From positions 124,001 to 188,000 of the forward strand of contig NGBS01000589.1 of assembly GCA_002245135.1 (NCBI GenBank): a DNA stretch of 64,000 nt, in the 5' to 3' direction. Source of the DNA: Proteromonas lacertae (taxonomy: Eukaryota). Numbering within the stretch: the first letter of the stretch is position 1; each line of letters begins with the position of its first letter. The notes under the pieces are model-generated. The model saw only the letters and a program-made list of their open reading frames with translations, had not been told where the DNA came from and did not search any database. Shown piece by piece: positions 26,574-40,221 of this stretch. Position numbers and translations under genes: made by a program.

Positions 26574-29500
26574 ATGATGAAATTTACAGTGTTATGTGTT
26601 GTCTGTATGATTAATAAAGTTATATACTAATAGTACTATGTGTTATGCCTTCATTAAGTGTTGGTGGTTTCAAATATGAGTATAATCATTTTCATTTGAA
26701 AGTTGGAGAAGAAGCTACGGTAACTAAACCAATTCATTTTAAAGAAGGCATTTATTGTGTTAATAAAAAATTACCAGAAGGTTTATCACTTGACCCAAAC
26801 ACTGGAATTATAACAGGAATACCAACTGCTGAATCAAGCGGCTATTACACCATAACATATAATGCAGGTAAAGATGATACTGCTGTCTGCAAATTAGAAA
26901 TTGTTTGTATGTTTAAATCCTTAATTTTCCTAGGTATGTCTGCTCCTGTTATAAATTGTGGTGTCTCAAAGCTTACAGCTGTATCTCTCATCAATACAAT
27001 TATAGTTTGTACTGCCACAAGTCAAATTCCTGAAGATGGTTGGTCAATCTCACCAAAAGAAGTAAAAGGTATTAGTCAAGCTGGTCCTTATTTGAAATTT
27101 GACAATTTCAATCCCCAATCCAACATGATAATAACAATAAATGCTACAAATGCAGCTGGAACTGGTAGTTTTGATATTGAAATAGTTAAAATTGAAAATC
27201 CTGAATTATATGATGGTATTTATGTTGAATTTTATGATTTGGAAACAACAAAATGTGGTGATTATCATGATAGTATTAAATTTTATGATTTCTATGAAGC
27301 TCCAATGAATGATTTGTATGGTTTGACAGATTTTGAACAATGGAAAAATAAAATGAATGTTTATATTCAAGGTAGAATTACCACATTTAAAGGGAAAATG
27401 AATGGATTTATTAATGTTACAGCAGCTGGTGAATATACATTTTACATGCAAACTGGTAATGAAATGAATGCTAGAGTGTTTATTGATGATGATGTGGTTG
27501 TATTATCAGATTGGAGTGAATGTAATAAATGGAATGATGATCCAATGAAGAAAACAGTGAAATTAGAAAAAGGTTTGAGAAGAGTGCTAATAGAATTTAT
27601 GGGAGGAGAAGGTTTAGATTTTAGATTTGCATTTGATTATTCACTTCCAGGAAGTAGTGAAAGAAAAACAATTCCATTTAAATATTCCAATTCAATTTTT
27701 AGCCCAGTAACATTTTTATCTACTGATTCATTAGAAGTAAGTTGGTTATATGATGCTTTCAGTTTAACTCCACTTCATGTTGGAAGAGGTAAAGCTGAAA
27801 GTTGTTGGATTAGTAATAATGCAGAATTACCTGAAGGATCAGAAGTAACAGTTGATGGTATAAAAGGCCATCCACAATCTGAAATGCATCAAACAGAATA
27901 TAAATTGAAATGTAAAAATGGAGATAGTGAAACAAATGAACTAACATTGAAACTTCGTGTAACAAAGAAAACGATAGAAGGAGTTCTATCTTATTATTAT
28001 AAACCTCATAATTTTGATACAAGTTTATTTACCAAATATGGACCAAGTGTAGATGGTTTAGAAGCATCTTACATTCAAAGACAAAATCAACCCTTCATTC
28101 AACAATCTGAAGAGATTTCTCATCCTGAAGGATTGAGTATAGAATTTCATGATGATTATGGTGTTTATTGGGAAGGATATCTTCATCCACAAAAAGAAGA
28201 TATTGGTATAAACAAATTCAAAGTAAGTGCTAATGGTGGTTATTGGATTTATATCAATAATAAAGTAGTATTATCTAAACCAGGAAGAAATAAGGTTGAT
28301 AATCCAAGTTATTTTGATTATAATTTAACTGATGATTCATTCTTTGTTCAAATCTATTATGTTACTCATAATGATGATGCTGCATTTACACTTTCTTGGA
28401 AGAAATTAAGTCAAACTGAAGATGATTACAGTAACTTTCTTCCATTTAGATATGTTCCAGTAAATGATTATTTTATGATGAGTCAAAGTACAGCCACTTA
28501 TCTAAAAGGTCAAGCAGTGGAAAATAAAGCTATTCCTGTAGAAAATTTTGACTGTAAAGATGTAAAAGTTAATCCTCCATTACCAGATGGTTTAGAAGCT
28601 CATTGTTCAAATAATCCATTCAATCCAGTAATAATAGCGGGAACTCCAACATCAGAAAGATTTATTGAAATGAAAGAACATGCAATAATAGTAACAAGTT
28701 CACATGATAAATATGTATCAACTACTATCCATATAGCAGTGAAACGTATATATAATTATTAGTTATAATTGATTATATAGCTGTTCAATCTCCTGATGGT
28801 TTTTATATTTTAGATATTCAAACAGGAAAGAAATATACAGATGAAATATCACTGGATGTAGGCGAATTCTATGATCTTCAATTCCATGTAGAAACTGGTG
28901 ATGTAATAGAATTTGGCATAGAGAGTCTTCCAGTTGGATTTACCTTCAGTGGTGATAGTTCTACTCTTTCTGGAAGTCCAAGAGAAGAATTAGATATGAA
29001 AATAACTGTAAATGCATATGTCAGTCATTCAATTGGTGATAATAAACAATTCCAAATTAGAATAAAAGCTAATGGCGGATGTGAAAATGGTAGAAGACAT
29101 ATATTTCATTTTAGTAATGATTTTGTTGGTAATGGACAATATCTAACGCTATCTGTTACAGCTGCAAATGGTACAAAGGTCATAGATATATTTGAAAGAC
29201 AAACAATTAGTTTACCTCGTTCATATAGTAAATGTCTTCCAGTAGATACCTATAAAATCAAATCAGGAGGAATGTTCAATCATTATTTAACAATCTATAA
29301 TGATGGTGTACGAATATATAGATATTATACAAATTCTACTAAATCTTCTTCGCATACTTTTACACTTAATACAAGTATAGTAATTAATATCATATATATT
29401 GTTTTAATAGATCCTGTTTTACCAAAGTTTGAATATACAACAAATAGTGCAACATTTTTTAAAGGAAATTAAGTGTCATTACTCCCAAGAATTGAAGCAT

Positions 29501-32500
29501 TCATAGATTATTTCACTATTACACCTTCTACATTACCAAGAGGTTTTATATTCAACAATTTGACAGGAAGAATTAATGGAACAGCTGATGAAGTTACAAA
29601 TACAACAACATATAAAATCACAGCTCATAATGATAAAGGGAAAGTTTCATTTGATATGATAATAGAAGTTATACCTGATACTCAAGAAGATGATTGTGAA
29701 AATGCTGACAAATTCTTAGTTGGATTGACATTGTATGTTGGTGATTATCATGAAGATAGACCAGCATCATACCAATTAATTAATTCAAATGATGAAATTG
29801 TGTATGAAGGACTTGCTGGGTCTTATTTTGCTGATACAGTGAATAGTATAAAAATGTGTATAACAAAAGGATGGTATACTCTGAGATTAACTGACAATAG
29901 TGGTGATGGATGGGAAAATTCAAATATTACTACATCTGCAGGAAATTCAATCATTGGAAGATATACAGTAAATCGTGTAGATAATGGTGAAGTGAATATA
30001 ACAATTGATTGTATATATATATATATATTAATCATTTAATTATTATGTTAATAGTTACGTATCTTGTTGATACACATACTGAATGGCAATTTAGTCAAGA
30101 ATATATTCCAAATTGGGAATTTAAGAATGGTTCAGTTGTATGGCCAACATCTACAATCAAAACACTTCCACAAACATCATTATCTAAACCAACATATTAT
30201 TTAAGATATTCATTATCATTCCCATATTATTTCAAATATTCAGGATATTTAATACGAATTAAACACAGATCAGGTGTTATTGTGAGAGTAAATGGAAGAG
30301 TAATATTCCGAGATAATCTACCAAATGGAGATGTAGGTCCAAATACTCCAGGAGATTCAGCTTATGATAAAGCAAGAGAAGAAAATTTCATATTACCAAT
30401 CGATGATTTAAATGAAACCGCAATTATAACTTATGAAATACATAAAAGTCCAAATGATGATAATTTCCCAAATGAAGATAAATTCTTCATATTTCCTATA
30501 GATGGAAGTAATGATGAAGATTGTATTGTATTATCACTTTATGGCGGAGGAGTGACAGATTCATCCAGTAAAAGTTATGGTAAATATGATAAATCTTCAT
30601 CTGATAAAGCCTTTGATTTATCAACTGGAACTTCCTGGATTGATTATTATGGAGATGAAGATGGTGATTCATATGCTGATTATTCATTTGGTGAAAATAA
30701 TCATTATGCCTTTAATCAATTTACAATGATAGCAGCTACTACTGCATATGACAATTATCCAATGAAAGTATCATTAACAGGTGAAACTGATTTAGAAAAA
30801 GTTGAAATAGGTTCATTAGATCCAGTTAGTTATTTGAATTTGAAGAAAAATCGCAAAGGAAGAGCCACTTTCAATGTTGATCCATACACAATGTATAAAA
30901 GTGTTAGAATTGATATCCCAGAATCTTATCGATATGATAGTGATATAGGAATGGAGATAGATAAAATAGGTTATAATTTATGTCGTACTAAGAAATGCCC
31001 TACAAATCCTATTATAGATCTTCCAGAAGGAATATCAAATACATTCTTTAAAACGAATTGTAGAACAGCAGGATTATCTGGTGAAACATATTTCTATTGT
31101 TCAAACTATGGTATTTGGATTGAAGCAAATACAACATGTAAAGAAGCACCCAAATTTATTAATACAGTAACAATTGTAATATTACAAGCAGGTTATATAT
31201 ATAAACTTGAATCGATATATGAAGTAACTGGAAATCCAGATTCTTATAGTTATAAATGTTCATCCTGTCCAGAAAATGAATTTATTCCAGGATTAGACTA
31301 TGATAAACAGACTGGTTTAATAACTGGAATGCCATATAGAGGTGGAACTTATGTAATTACATTTACTGCTTCAAATGAATATGGTTCAGGTGAATTAACA
31401 ATGACAATTGTAATAAAACCATCTAGTAGAATTGTTTTATATAAGTATACACCAGAAGTTCTTGCAGAAGTAAATCAAGAAATAATAGAACAATTATTCT
31501 GGGTAGAAAGTAACTCAAACGTTACTTACAGTGTAGACGAACTTCCAGAAGGTCTAACATTAGATTCATCAACTGGGTTTATTAAAGGCAAAGCCACTAG
31601 ACCAGTTGTAAAATTATACAATTTTAATATAAGAAATATTGATGGTGAAGAGAAAAGTAAATCTGTTCGGTTTATAATCTTAATACCGGATGAAGCAGTA
31701 ATGATTGAATCTGTAGATAAAATGGAATTAGTTTATATGATGAATTATGATAATCAATATCCAATTGTGTGTTATGCTAGAAATTCATTGACTTACAGTG
31801 TTGATATAGATTTACCATCAAATATAACATTTAATAATGCAACAGGTTGTATAAGTGGAAAAGTAACATCTCCTGTTCACTCAGCTGTTAATTATACATT
31901 CTCATGTTCAGGTGGTTATAGAACAGTCTCAAAAACAATTCCAATTTCAATAATTGAAAATGACAATCCAGTGATAATAAGTCAAAATGAATCTGTTATA
32001 TTAAGAACAGGAGTGGAATTATTCAATAATCAATTCTTTGTAGTGAGTGGTTCAAATTTAGTTTATTCAATTACTCCTACATTACCACATGGAATTACAA
32101 TGGATGCTAAAACAGGATTATTCAGTGGTTATACCAAAACAGTTAGTCGAAAAACAGCTTATACAATTAATATATCAAATGGAAAAGTGTCAATTCAATT
32201 AAAAATGTCAATCGAAGTAATAAAAAGTGATTAACCAATAATTCCTGATTCAACAGTAAAGAAAGGTGTGGAAGTAGTTACAGGAGCATTAGTTTCGATT
32301 CAATTATTTGATGTTGTTGGTGATGGTTTATCAGTTTCAGTAAATCCACCATTACCAGATGGTTTTATGATTTATTCATCTGGCTATTTGCAAGGAGTTT
32401 CTGTAGTTGATTTTTCACCACTAGATTATGTAATAACAGTAACAGATATGAATGGAAAATCAACAAGTGTGACAATCAAAATTGAATTTAAAGCAAAGAA

Positions 32501-32810
32501 ATGTCCAGAAAATGATGGTTTTCCTGAAACTCTAGTAGGAGATCAAGCAGTAATTAATTGTGGAAAAGGTAAATCTGGTTTTATAATAAGAAGATGTATT
32601 TATGCCAATGGAAATGCAATCTGGCAATCTCCAATTGATGAATGTTCAGGAAGTACAACAGGTGTTTTAATAGGAATAATAATTGGTTGTATAATTGGAG
32701 GAGGAGTTTTATTCTTAGGAGGTTATTGTGTGTTTGTTCGAGTTAGCGGGAAAAGGAAACATGTTCTAAAAACTGCTGAACAAATTGTAGATTCAGATGT
32801 GAGAATATAA
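26574..32810 (+). CDS. Large type I surface protein (He_PIG/cadherin-like Ig repeats, two PA14 domains, C-terminal TM) with two in-frame TAA codons
   Basis: Signal peptide; LPEGLSLDPNTGIITGIPT-type repeats; PA14-like GFINVTAAGEYTFY and YGVYWEGYL; TM VLIGIIIGCIIGGGVLFLGGYCVFV; TAA at 29470-29472 and 32232-32234. Confidence 0.8.
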
Positions 32811-32998
32811 TCATTCATTAATGAACTTTATTATTATTGTTTTTTCATTTTTTTGTTTTTTCTTATCATGAATAGAAAATTTATTAATGAAAAGTGAGGT
32901 TCAGAATTTTCCATCCTTTTCTTGATTCTCATTTTGTTGTTTTAACACAATACAATAATATAAACAAAATAAACAACATCAGAAAATATTAAACAATC

Positions 32999-34135
32999 TC
33001 ATACACTCTCATTAAAGCCAGCAGCTTTCATCATTATCAAAGCATTTTCGATTTCATCACTTTCAACACTTTTATCTTTCTTCAATGCTTCAATATAAAA
33101 TTTATAAGCTAAACCATCAGGTTTTATTCCTTTTCTTTCCATTTCTAACCATAACTCTCGAGCTTCAACAGCATTATGCACTACTTTTAGTTTTTCACCA
33201 TATTGCCATAATAATGCTGTTTTATTACTACTCCAAAATCTTTCTGCCATTGTTAAATCACTCACATTATTATTCATCTCATTATTTATATTATATTTAC
33301 CTTCACCCCATGTTTTTGTTAAATCTTCATTATTATAATATCCAGTTTCGTAGATTACTCCTCGTTTAACCATCATATTCCAACCATCATATCTACCTGT
33401 TCCACCTTTACTGAATGGTTTTAAACTATTGACAATTATTATCGTTTCTTTGTGACATAATAATTTACTACTTAATATATCATTACAAACATCATCTACA
33501 TAGATTGAACCATCAATAAATATCATATCAACTTTACATTCTGGATTTAATTCATGATATGTGTTTATACAATTCGAAGAATTTCCAAATAATAATAAAT
33601 GACGATTATTATATTTATTATCAAGTTTGGGTTTTATGAAATTACTCACAGTTTCATTCAAACTATTATCTATACTTATCACTTTTATATCATCTCGAAT
33701 ACTTAGTAATACATCACTAACATGACCATAATAAAAACCAATTTCTAAAATCGTTTGGATTTGAGGATTATTGTTTAATAGAGTTTTAAAGTATTTTATG
33801 TGATCTTCACAGATGAAATATCTATCCTTCAAATTTATTGACTTCAATGTTAAATATTCATCAAATTCTTTGTCATACTCGTTCAATATTGGCAAAGGCT
33901 TTGATTGTTCTATTCAAATATATATTACTCACTATAATACTCTTTTGACTTTTGGGCTTTTTCAGCATGGAAGGTTGAATAAAATTTTGCTTTCTTTTCA
34001 TAGCATTGCTATTATTTGTTTGGTTAGTAGTCTGTTGAACTGGCTGCTGCATCTATACAAAATACATCACAACACAAATATAAATAAACATACTTTGCTT
34101 TTAATTTTATCGAATAAAGACTGATTTTTATTCAT
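32999..34135 (-). CDS. Class I SAM methyltransferase-like (Methyltransf_24) domain plus C-terminal PPR motif
   Basis: ILEIGFYYGH, VDMIFIDG; ARELWLEMERKGIKPDGLAYKFYIEAL (PPR-like); two small 5' exons from ATG 34135. Confidence 0.75.
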
Positions 34136-34227
34136 TTCTTTTTTTTGTTAATAAAACGTCTATTTTTTATTTATTCAAAATAGAATTTATTCTTCTTCAT
34201 ATTTCTACATTGAAGTATTAAAGAAGT

Positions 34228-35941
34228 ATGGCAACTAACAAAAAATGGGAATTTCAGGCTAGAAAACTTGTAGAATATGGAAAATACGATGTAACAATGG
34301 AATATAGTGATAAAGGAATCATTGATGAGTCTCTTATCGAAGTAATTATGAATTTGGATATACCAGAACCATGGACATTTAAAGCGGTGAATATTGCAAC
34401 AGAAGGAACAGAATATGAGAAAGTAGTGTATTTTGGTGTTGCTTCATTTGATACAATAAAACCGGATTGTTTTTTACCCAGAGTATAATATTTATAGAAT
34501 ATATAATGAAATAGAGACTGATACGAGAATTACAGTTCCGAGACACTTCTTCCTTTGTAACTGTAAGTCCAGTGATAGATCCTTTACCAAAAGGCAGATA
34601 TTGTAAATTGAAACCTCAGAATGATCGATTTTTAGATTTATTGAATGAATTAGGTGCAAAAGTGTTATTAGAGCAATTATTGAAGACTTATTCAGTATTG
34701 CAGTTAAACCAACATATAGAGTTATGTCATGATAAAATAGTGTATTTATTACAAGTGACTGAATTAAAACCAGATAATGTCGTGTTGATAAGAGATACAG
34801 ATTTAGAGGTAGAATTTGATGAAGCTGACGTATATATATCATATAATATATTAGAATAAAATGATTACTCCTCAAACTCCAATTACACCAAATCCCTTTG
34901 TTATGAGTAGTTCAACTCCAATGATATCTCCATCACCATCTGCATCTGAATATGATTACATTATAACCGATAGTGATGGTGAAAATATCGTAATAAATGG
35001 TGAAGATTTACCAAAAACGAAGGTAATGAAGCATAAGGATAGAATATTGAAGTATATTATTATTATTATTATATAGAAATAAATCAACTAATAGTTTAAC
35101 TGGTGAAATAAGTGATAGTAATATCCAACAACCATCGCCAACATCACCACATCAACAATTCCAATCACTTCCATCAACATCATCATCATCATCATCATCA
35201 ACTGATAATAATAGTGATGATATTGCAGTAGAAGGATTATTACTTCCAACTACAACACCCACTGATTCAAAACAATGCAATCACTGTCTTCATTATATAC
35301 CAAATAATACATATGAAATGCATGAATTAAGATGTAGTAAGAATGCAAATTATAAAGGAATAATCTGTAGTATATGTAATAGAGTAATTGCAATAAGTGA
35401 TGAAGATAAACATATTCATTGTAAATTTTGTAATAATTTATATACAAAATCAACAATTGAACCACATATTTTATTATCTCATGAAAAGTTAAAGTGTGGA
35501 AAATGTAAGAAAGAGTTTACTGGAGGTGAAGAATACATATTTCATTCATCAAATATGAAAGTTTGTCCTGTATGTGAATTGAAATTATTAGATTGTGAAT
35601 ATGATGAACATTTTTCATATTGTGCTTCTAAAACAATGAGATGCGATTATTGTAGAAAATATATTACTTTTATGATGATTGAAGAACATTTTTATAAATG
35701 TCATAAAGGTAAAGAGTGTCCAGTAAAATTTGGTATTTTCAATCCTGAAAATGAAATAGAAGAAGAAGATGATGACGAAAAATCCAATGAACATGAAGAT
35801 GATGAAGATAATTCAAATGATAATGATGAAAGTAGTGATGATGATAAGAGTAGTGATAAAAATAGCGAAGAAAATGAATATGATGATGTGAAGAGTGAGA
35901 AATCAAGTGAGAAATCAAGCGATCCTGAAGATTCTGATTAA
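34228..35941 (+). CDS. UFD1-like (UT3) domain plus TRAF-type zinc fingers and acidic tail
   Basis: SDKGII...PWTFK, LPKGRYCKLKPQNDRFLD...KVLLEQLLKTYSVL, LIRDTDLEVEF; C/H-rich repeats (MHELRCSKN, EHFSYCASKT). Confidence 0.8.
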
Positions 35942-35991
35942 TTATAATATTATACTTTTTTCAATTTAATTTTGTTTAAATGATGAATGTA

Positions 35992-36134
35992 GAGGGGTAT
36001 ATTATAATATTATGGTTCTTTAGCTTATTCTCTATTAATACAAATAATTTGTATTGTGATGTATTATACCGTATTACATCATATCGAATAATTGAGTAGG
36101 TATAATACGTTTTATGTAGTATAATATAGCCTCA
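35992..36134 (+). ncRNA. Candidate structured non-coding RNA (unassigned)
   Basis: Nested inverted repeats GAGGGGTATATTATA/TATAATATAGCCTC, GATGTATTATACC/GGTATAATACGTT, AATACAAAT/ATTTGTATT with G-U pairs on the + strand. Confidence 0.35.
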
Positions 36135-36583
36135 ATATCCTTAAATACCACGTTACCGTGTTGCCAAACCTTAAAGTGCACAATTGTGAATTTTTCATAT
36201 TTCTAATTCTTTTATTTATCTATCACATATTTAAACTGTACATCATCTGAAACATCATAATATCATAAAAGCATCAATTTCAACCTTTAATTTGTTTAAT
36301 TTGCAAGTTATTATTTCGAAGATATTTCCCCGTAAATATTAATTTTTAATAATAAAACACTCTATGTGTTTGTTTCTTGCGTCGTCGAATATAATGAGTA
36401 TTATTGGATATAGCATAATATTTGGATTATGTGCATATATGCTATACAAGCTGATTGCCATCGCTCCGGATCCTATTTATCAATTGCTGCAAAAATCAAC
36501 TTTCATACCGTTATATTTTGGAGCAAAAAATCATTTCAAATTCTTATACCGTCTAATACTTGGAAACTTGTAAGGCATTTGGC

Positions 36584-39500
36584 ATGAATGGGGTATATGG
36601 GATTTATTATGCTCATAGTCCAAAAGAGATAAATGGGGCGAGACTGAGGATGATATGTTAATCAGAAAAGTGGCTCACTATGGAAAAAATTGGGCTAAAA
36701 TAGCTACATATATTCCAGGTAGATCAATGGATGAGTTGTATGCAAGATATCTTACACTGAAGACATTTGCAGAAAGAATCATAAAGAATGAAGAGCGATT
36801 GAAAAGAATCAGATATAACGATAGATCATCAATTTATTCTAAAGAAGAACCTGTTCATAAAAAACTAAAGATAGAATCTCCTCCAAATTCTAGTTACTCA
36901 CATTTTTGCCCTACTATTAAAACAGATAGCTATCCTCCAAAGTTAATGTATTTTATATATGTATTTTATTCAGTAGTCAGCAGGTATTACAGTATGAAGA
37001 AAATCAGATTATAAAGGATGCTAGAGAATATAAAAGGAGTAAAGAAATAGAAGATAATCGCAAGTTGGTAAACATATTTGAAAAGCAAGTGGCTAAAAAT
37101 AAGCCAGATTTGATAGAAAAATCAAAACAAGCAATTTCTAAAATCAATTTATTTCATCCTCCAGATGATATTGTGCATTCAGTTCCATCTGATTCTGATT
37201 CTTCAACATTATCATCCTCAGATAGTGAGTCAGAGATAATAATTCCAAAGAAAAAAATAAAAATACCAAAATATAGAGAAGTTAGTTCAATTCAAGTGTG
37301 GGAGAAGAGTGTAAGATCAGAATATGGCAGTTGCTATTTAGGGTATAATTCATATGATTATACATGTTATAGAGGCAAATATTTTGAAGAAAGGAATGAA
37401 ATCAATACAAAGCTATTTGAAAGAGAGGATAATGAAAAGATAATTATTAAACATACACCAAAAATGAATCCAATAGAAACTGAAACAAAGATAGACAGAA
37501 AAAAAGAAACAGAAATAGAAGAAACAGAAAAACCAGTTATAATAAGAAGAAAAAGAGGTAGAAAGAAGAAAATAGTTAATGAAAATATAGTAGAAAATAG
37601 TGATAGTGATAATGAAGTAATAAAAAACAAGAAAACTGTAATAAAGAGTCAACCAATTATAAAGAAAGATGATAAACTATTTGAGAATGTATTTACATTG
37701 TAATGATTATTATGTAGGTTTTATTTTGTGTTAGTGCATTCAATGCTTTAGGAAAGAATAAAAAAATAGTGAAAATATTAAATGCATCTAAACTAATAGA
37801 TATGTTTTCAGATTCTAATGAGTATTAATAATCATTACTTTTTATTAATAGAAAAAACTGCTGTTTATGTCAAAAAGAAGGATTTAACTTACAGTTATGT
37901 AGTATTTGTAAAAGGTATTATCATAGTAACTGCATATTGTGTGATGCTGAAGCATATGATGTAAGAAATAAAGATAAATGGAAATGTTTCTTATGTGAAC
38001 CTTTATATTTCAAACATATTAAAAGTTCAATTGAAAGTTATATCAAAACAAATAATGAGAATAAGAACAGTGATGATGATGATGATGATAGTATATTAGT
38101 AAAGAAAGAATATAGCAGTGATAAACATACATATATAAATAATAAAAAGGTTAATAGTTTAAGAGTGTGGAATGGAATGAAATATACAAAATCAACAGTG
38201 AATATCAATTCACTTCCAGAAGAAATGTTAGACTATTTCGAGAATGAATATAATGTAAAAATCAACAACTTAATCTGTAATTATAAGAAATGCATTAATA
38301 GAATAGAATATCAACAATTTTATAATATGTCTGAATTAGGAATGAAATTGTTAAGTGATATAGAAAGAAATAGAGAATATTATCATTATGATTTTAGAGA
38401 AAAGAAACTGTTTTTTAATGAACCATTTCCTATATCTTCAGAATTGTGGAAATTGTATAAACCAGTATATATATTACTATTTTATATAATATATAGAGTG
38501 AAGATTATTATATCCACTTTTGCGTTTTACTACAGTCATTATTTAAAGACCTTTTTACAGTTATTACAAAGATTTATAGCGAGGTAATAGTTGAAGAAGT
38601 AAAGAATGAAATTGACAGTAAGAAAGAAGATAAAAGTCTACCAGATGATGGATATGGAGGTAGTCCTAGAGCTTGGATATTTCAAGTTAATCCATTAGTA
38701 TATGATATTGATAAATCACTACAGAATTTGAAGGAAATAACTTGGCTAACAAAACAATACAGAAATAATATTCATGCTAATGATGTTGTTTTTATATGGA
38801 AATCAGGTAATTCAGGAGGATTAGTTGCTATGGGTACTGTAAAATCCGAACCATGTTTGATGAATGAAAATGAAAAAATGATTCAGTATTATAATGGCCA
38901 AGTTTTTCTGTTCAAAACAGATTATAGATGTGTAATTAAAATAGATATTGTACTACCAAGCTGTGTGTCCAAAAATATTTTTATGGATGATGATATGCTT
39001 AATGACCTTTTGTTGTTCAAAAACTCGAGAGATACAAATTTTAGACTGACAGCAGTACAAGCGAATTGTATCTTGGGAATCATAAGGAAAAATTATTTTG
39101 TGGAATTTAAATCAGATTATGAGATAAGTATACCCAATTTTTAATTTATATAATATTTATATATAGGAAGTACTAAAGATATAACACCATTGCTTACAGT
39201 AATCAGCAGAAATGTTAGCTCATATATGTTAGATATCCAAGACTACTGTCATATATGTGGTAAATACGATGATGACCCTCACATTGTTCTGTGTGACAAA
39301 TGCAACAGAGGATTTCACACAAAATGCCTAAATCCAGTATTGTCTAGAATACCAAATAATGAATGGATATGTTTAATATGTAAGAAGAAAAGTGAGAATA
39401 TGTATGTGAGAGGTGAAAATTGTGAAATATGTGGTGAAGAGTCAAATGATCCGCTTAATTGCAAATCATGTAAAATATGCCATAAATTATATCATGTGCA

Positions 39501-40104
39501 TTGCTATAGAGCAAGTACTAACTTCAATTTACCTGAATGGAAGTGTATCTTTTGTGAAGGCTATGAAAAGAGTAAATATCATTTAGTAAAAGAAGGTATG
39601 TAATATATAACATTAATCAAATTATTGATATTATATTTCATTAGATGAGTGGTGTAGAGTGTGTAAAAGTAAGTCTCCAGAAGATGATTTGTTTAGATGT
39701 TCTTGTTGTGATGTTGTTAGACATAAATTCTGTCCAGATCCATTCAACAGTCTAAGAGGATATAAAAAATATGATAGTATCTATTGATATATATATATTA
39801 CAGAGTATCTCTTCTGTTACAGATGTTATAATGAGTATGTTAAATCCACTTTGTTTGATATGAATACACAAATACACATATTCCATCAAGAAGCATGTTC
39901 GTTGGTGTATAAAGTGTTGATGAAGAATATAGAGCAAATAGTTGAGAGTGTTTCTTCAATAACTGATGTTGATTATGTGTATGATTATAATATAATATTA
40001 TAAATAGTAATGATGCTATTAGTTATGAAAGCACAAGAGTGAATATGATTCATAAGCTTATAACCTATGTTTTAACTAATTATATAATGTCTATAAAAGA
40101 GTAA
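36584..40104 (+). CDS. Chromatin-reader protein: Myb/SANT - PHD - EVE - PHD x3
   Basis: KWGETEDDMLIRKVAHYGKNWAKIATYIPGRS (Myb); C4HC3 PHD fingers; AWIFQVNPLVYDI...ITWLTKQYRNNIHANDVVFIWKSG...GLVAMGTV (EVE); all junctions checked as short GT-AG introns. Confidence 0.82.
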
Positions 40105-40221
40105 TAAATTAATTCTGTGATATATTTAGTTTTTGTATTTATTATGTGTGTTTTGATGAATAAAAAAAACAGTTTAAGTAATAAAATAAAATACATTATA
40201 TAATAATAATATCATAAACTC

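Noticed and set aside
36364..36573. 69-aa hydrophobic ORF upstream of the Myb-PHD-EVE gene
   Set aside because: No recognisable motif; could be a small gene or uORF but unsupported
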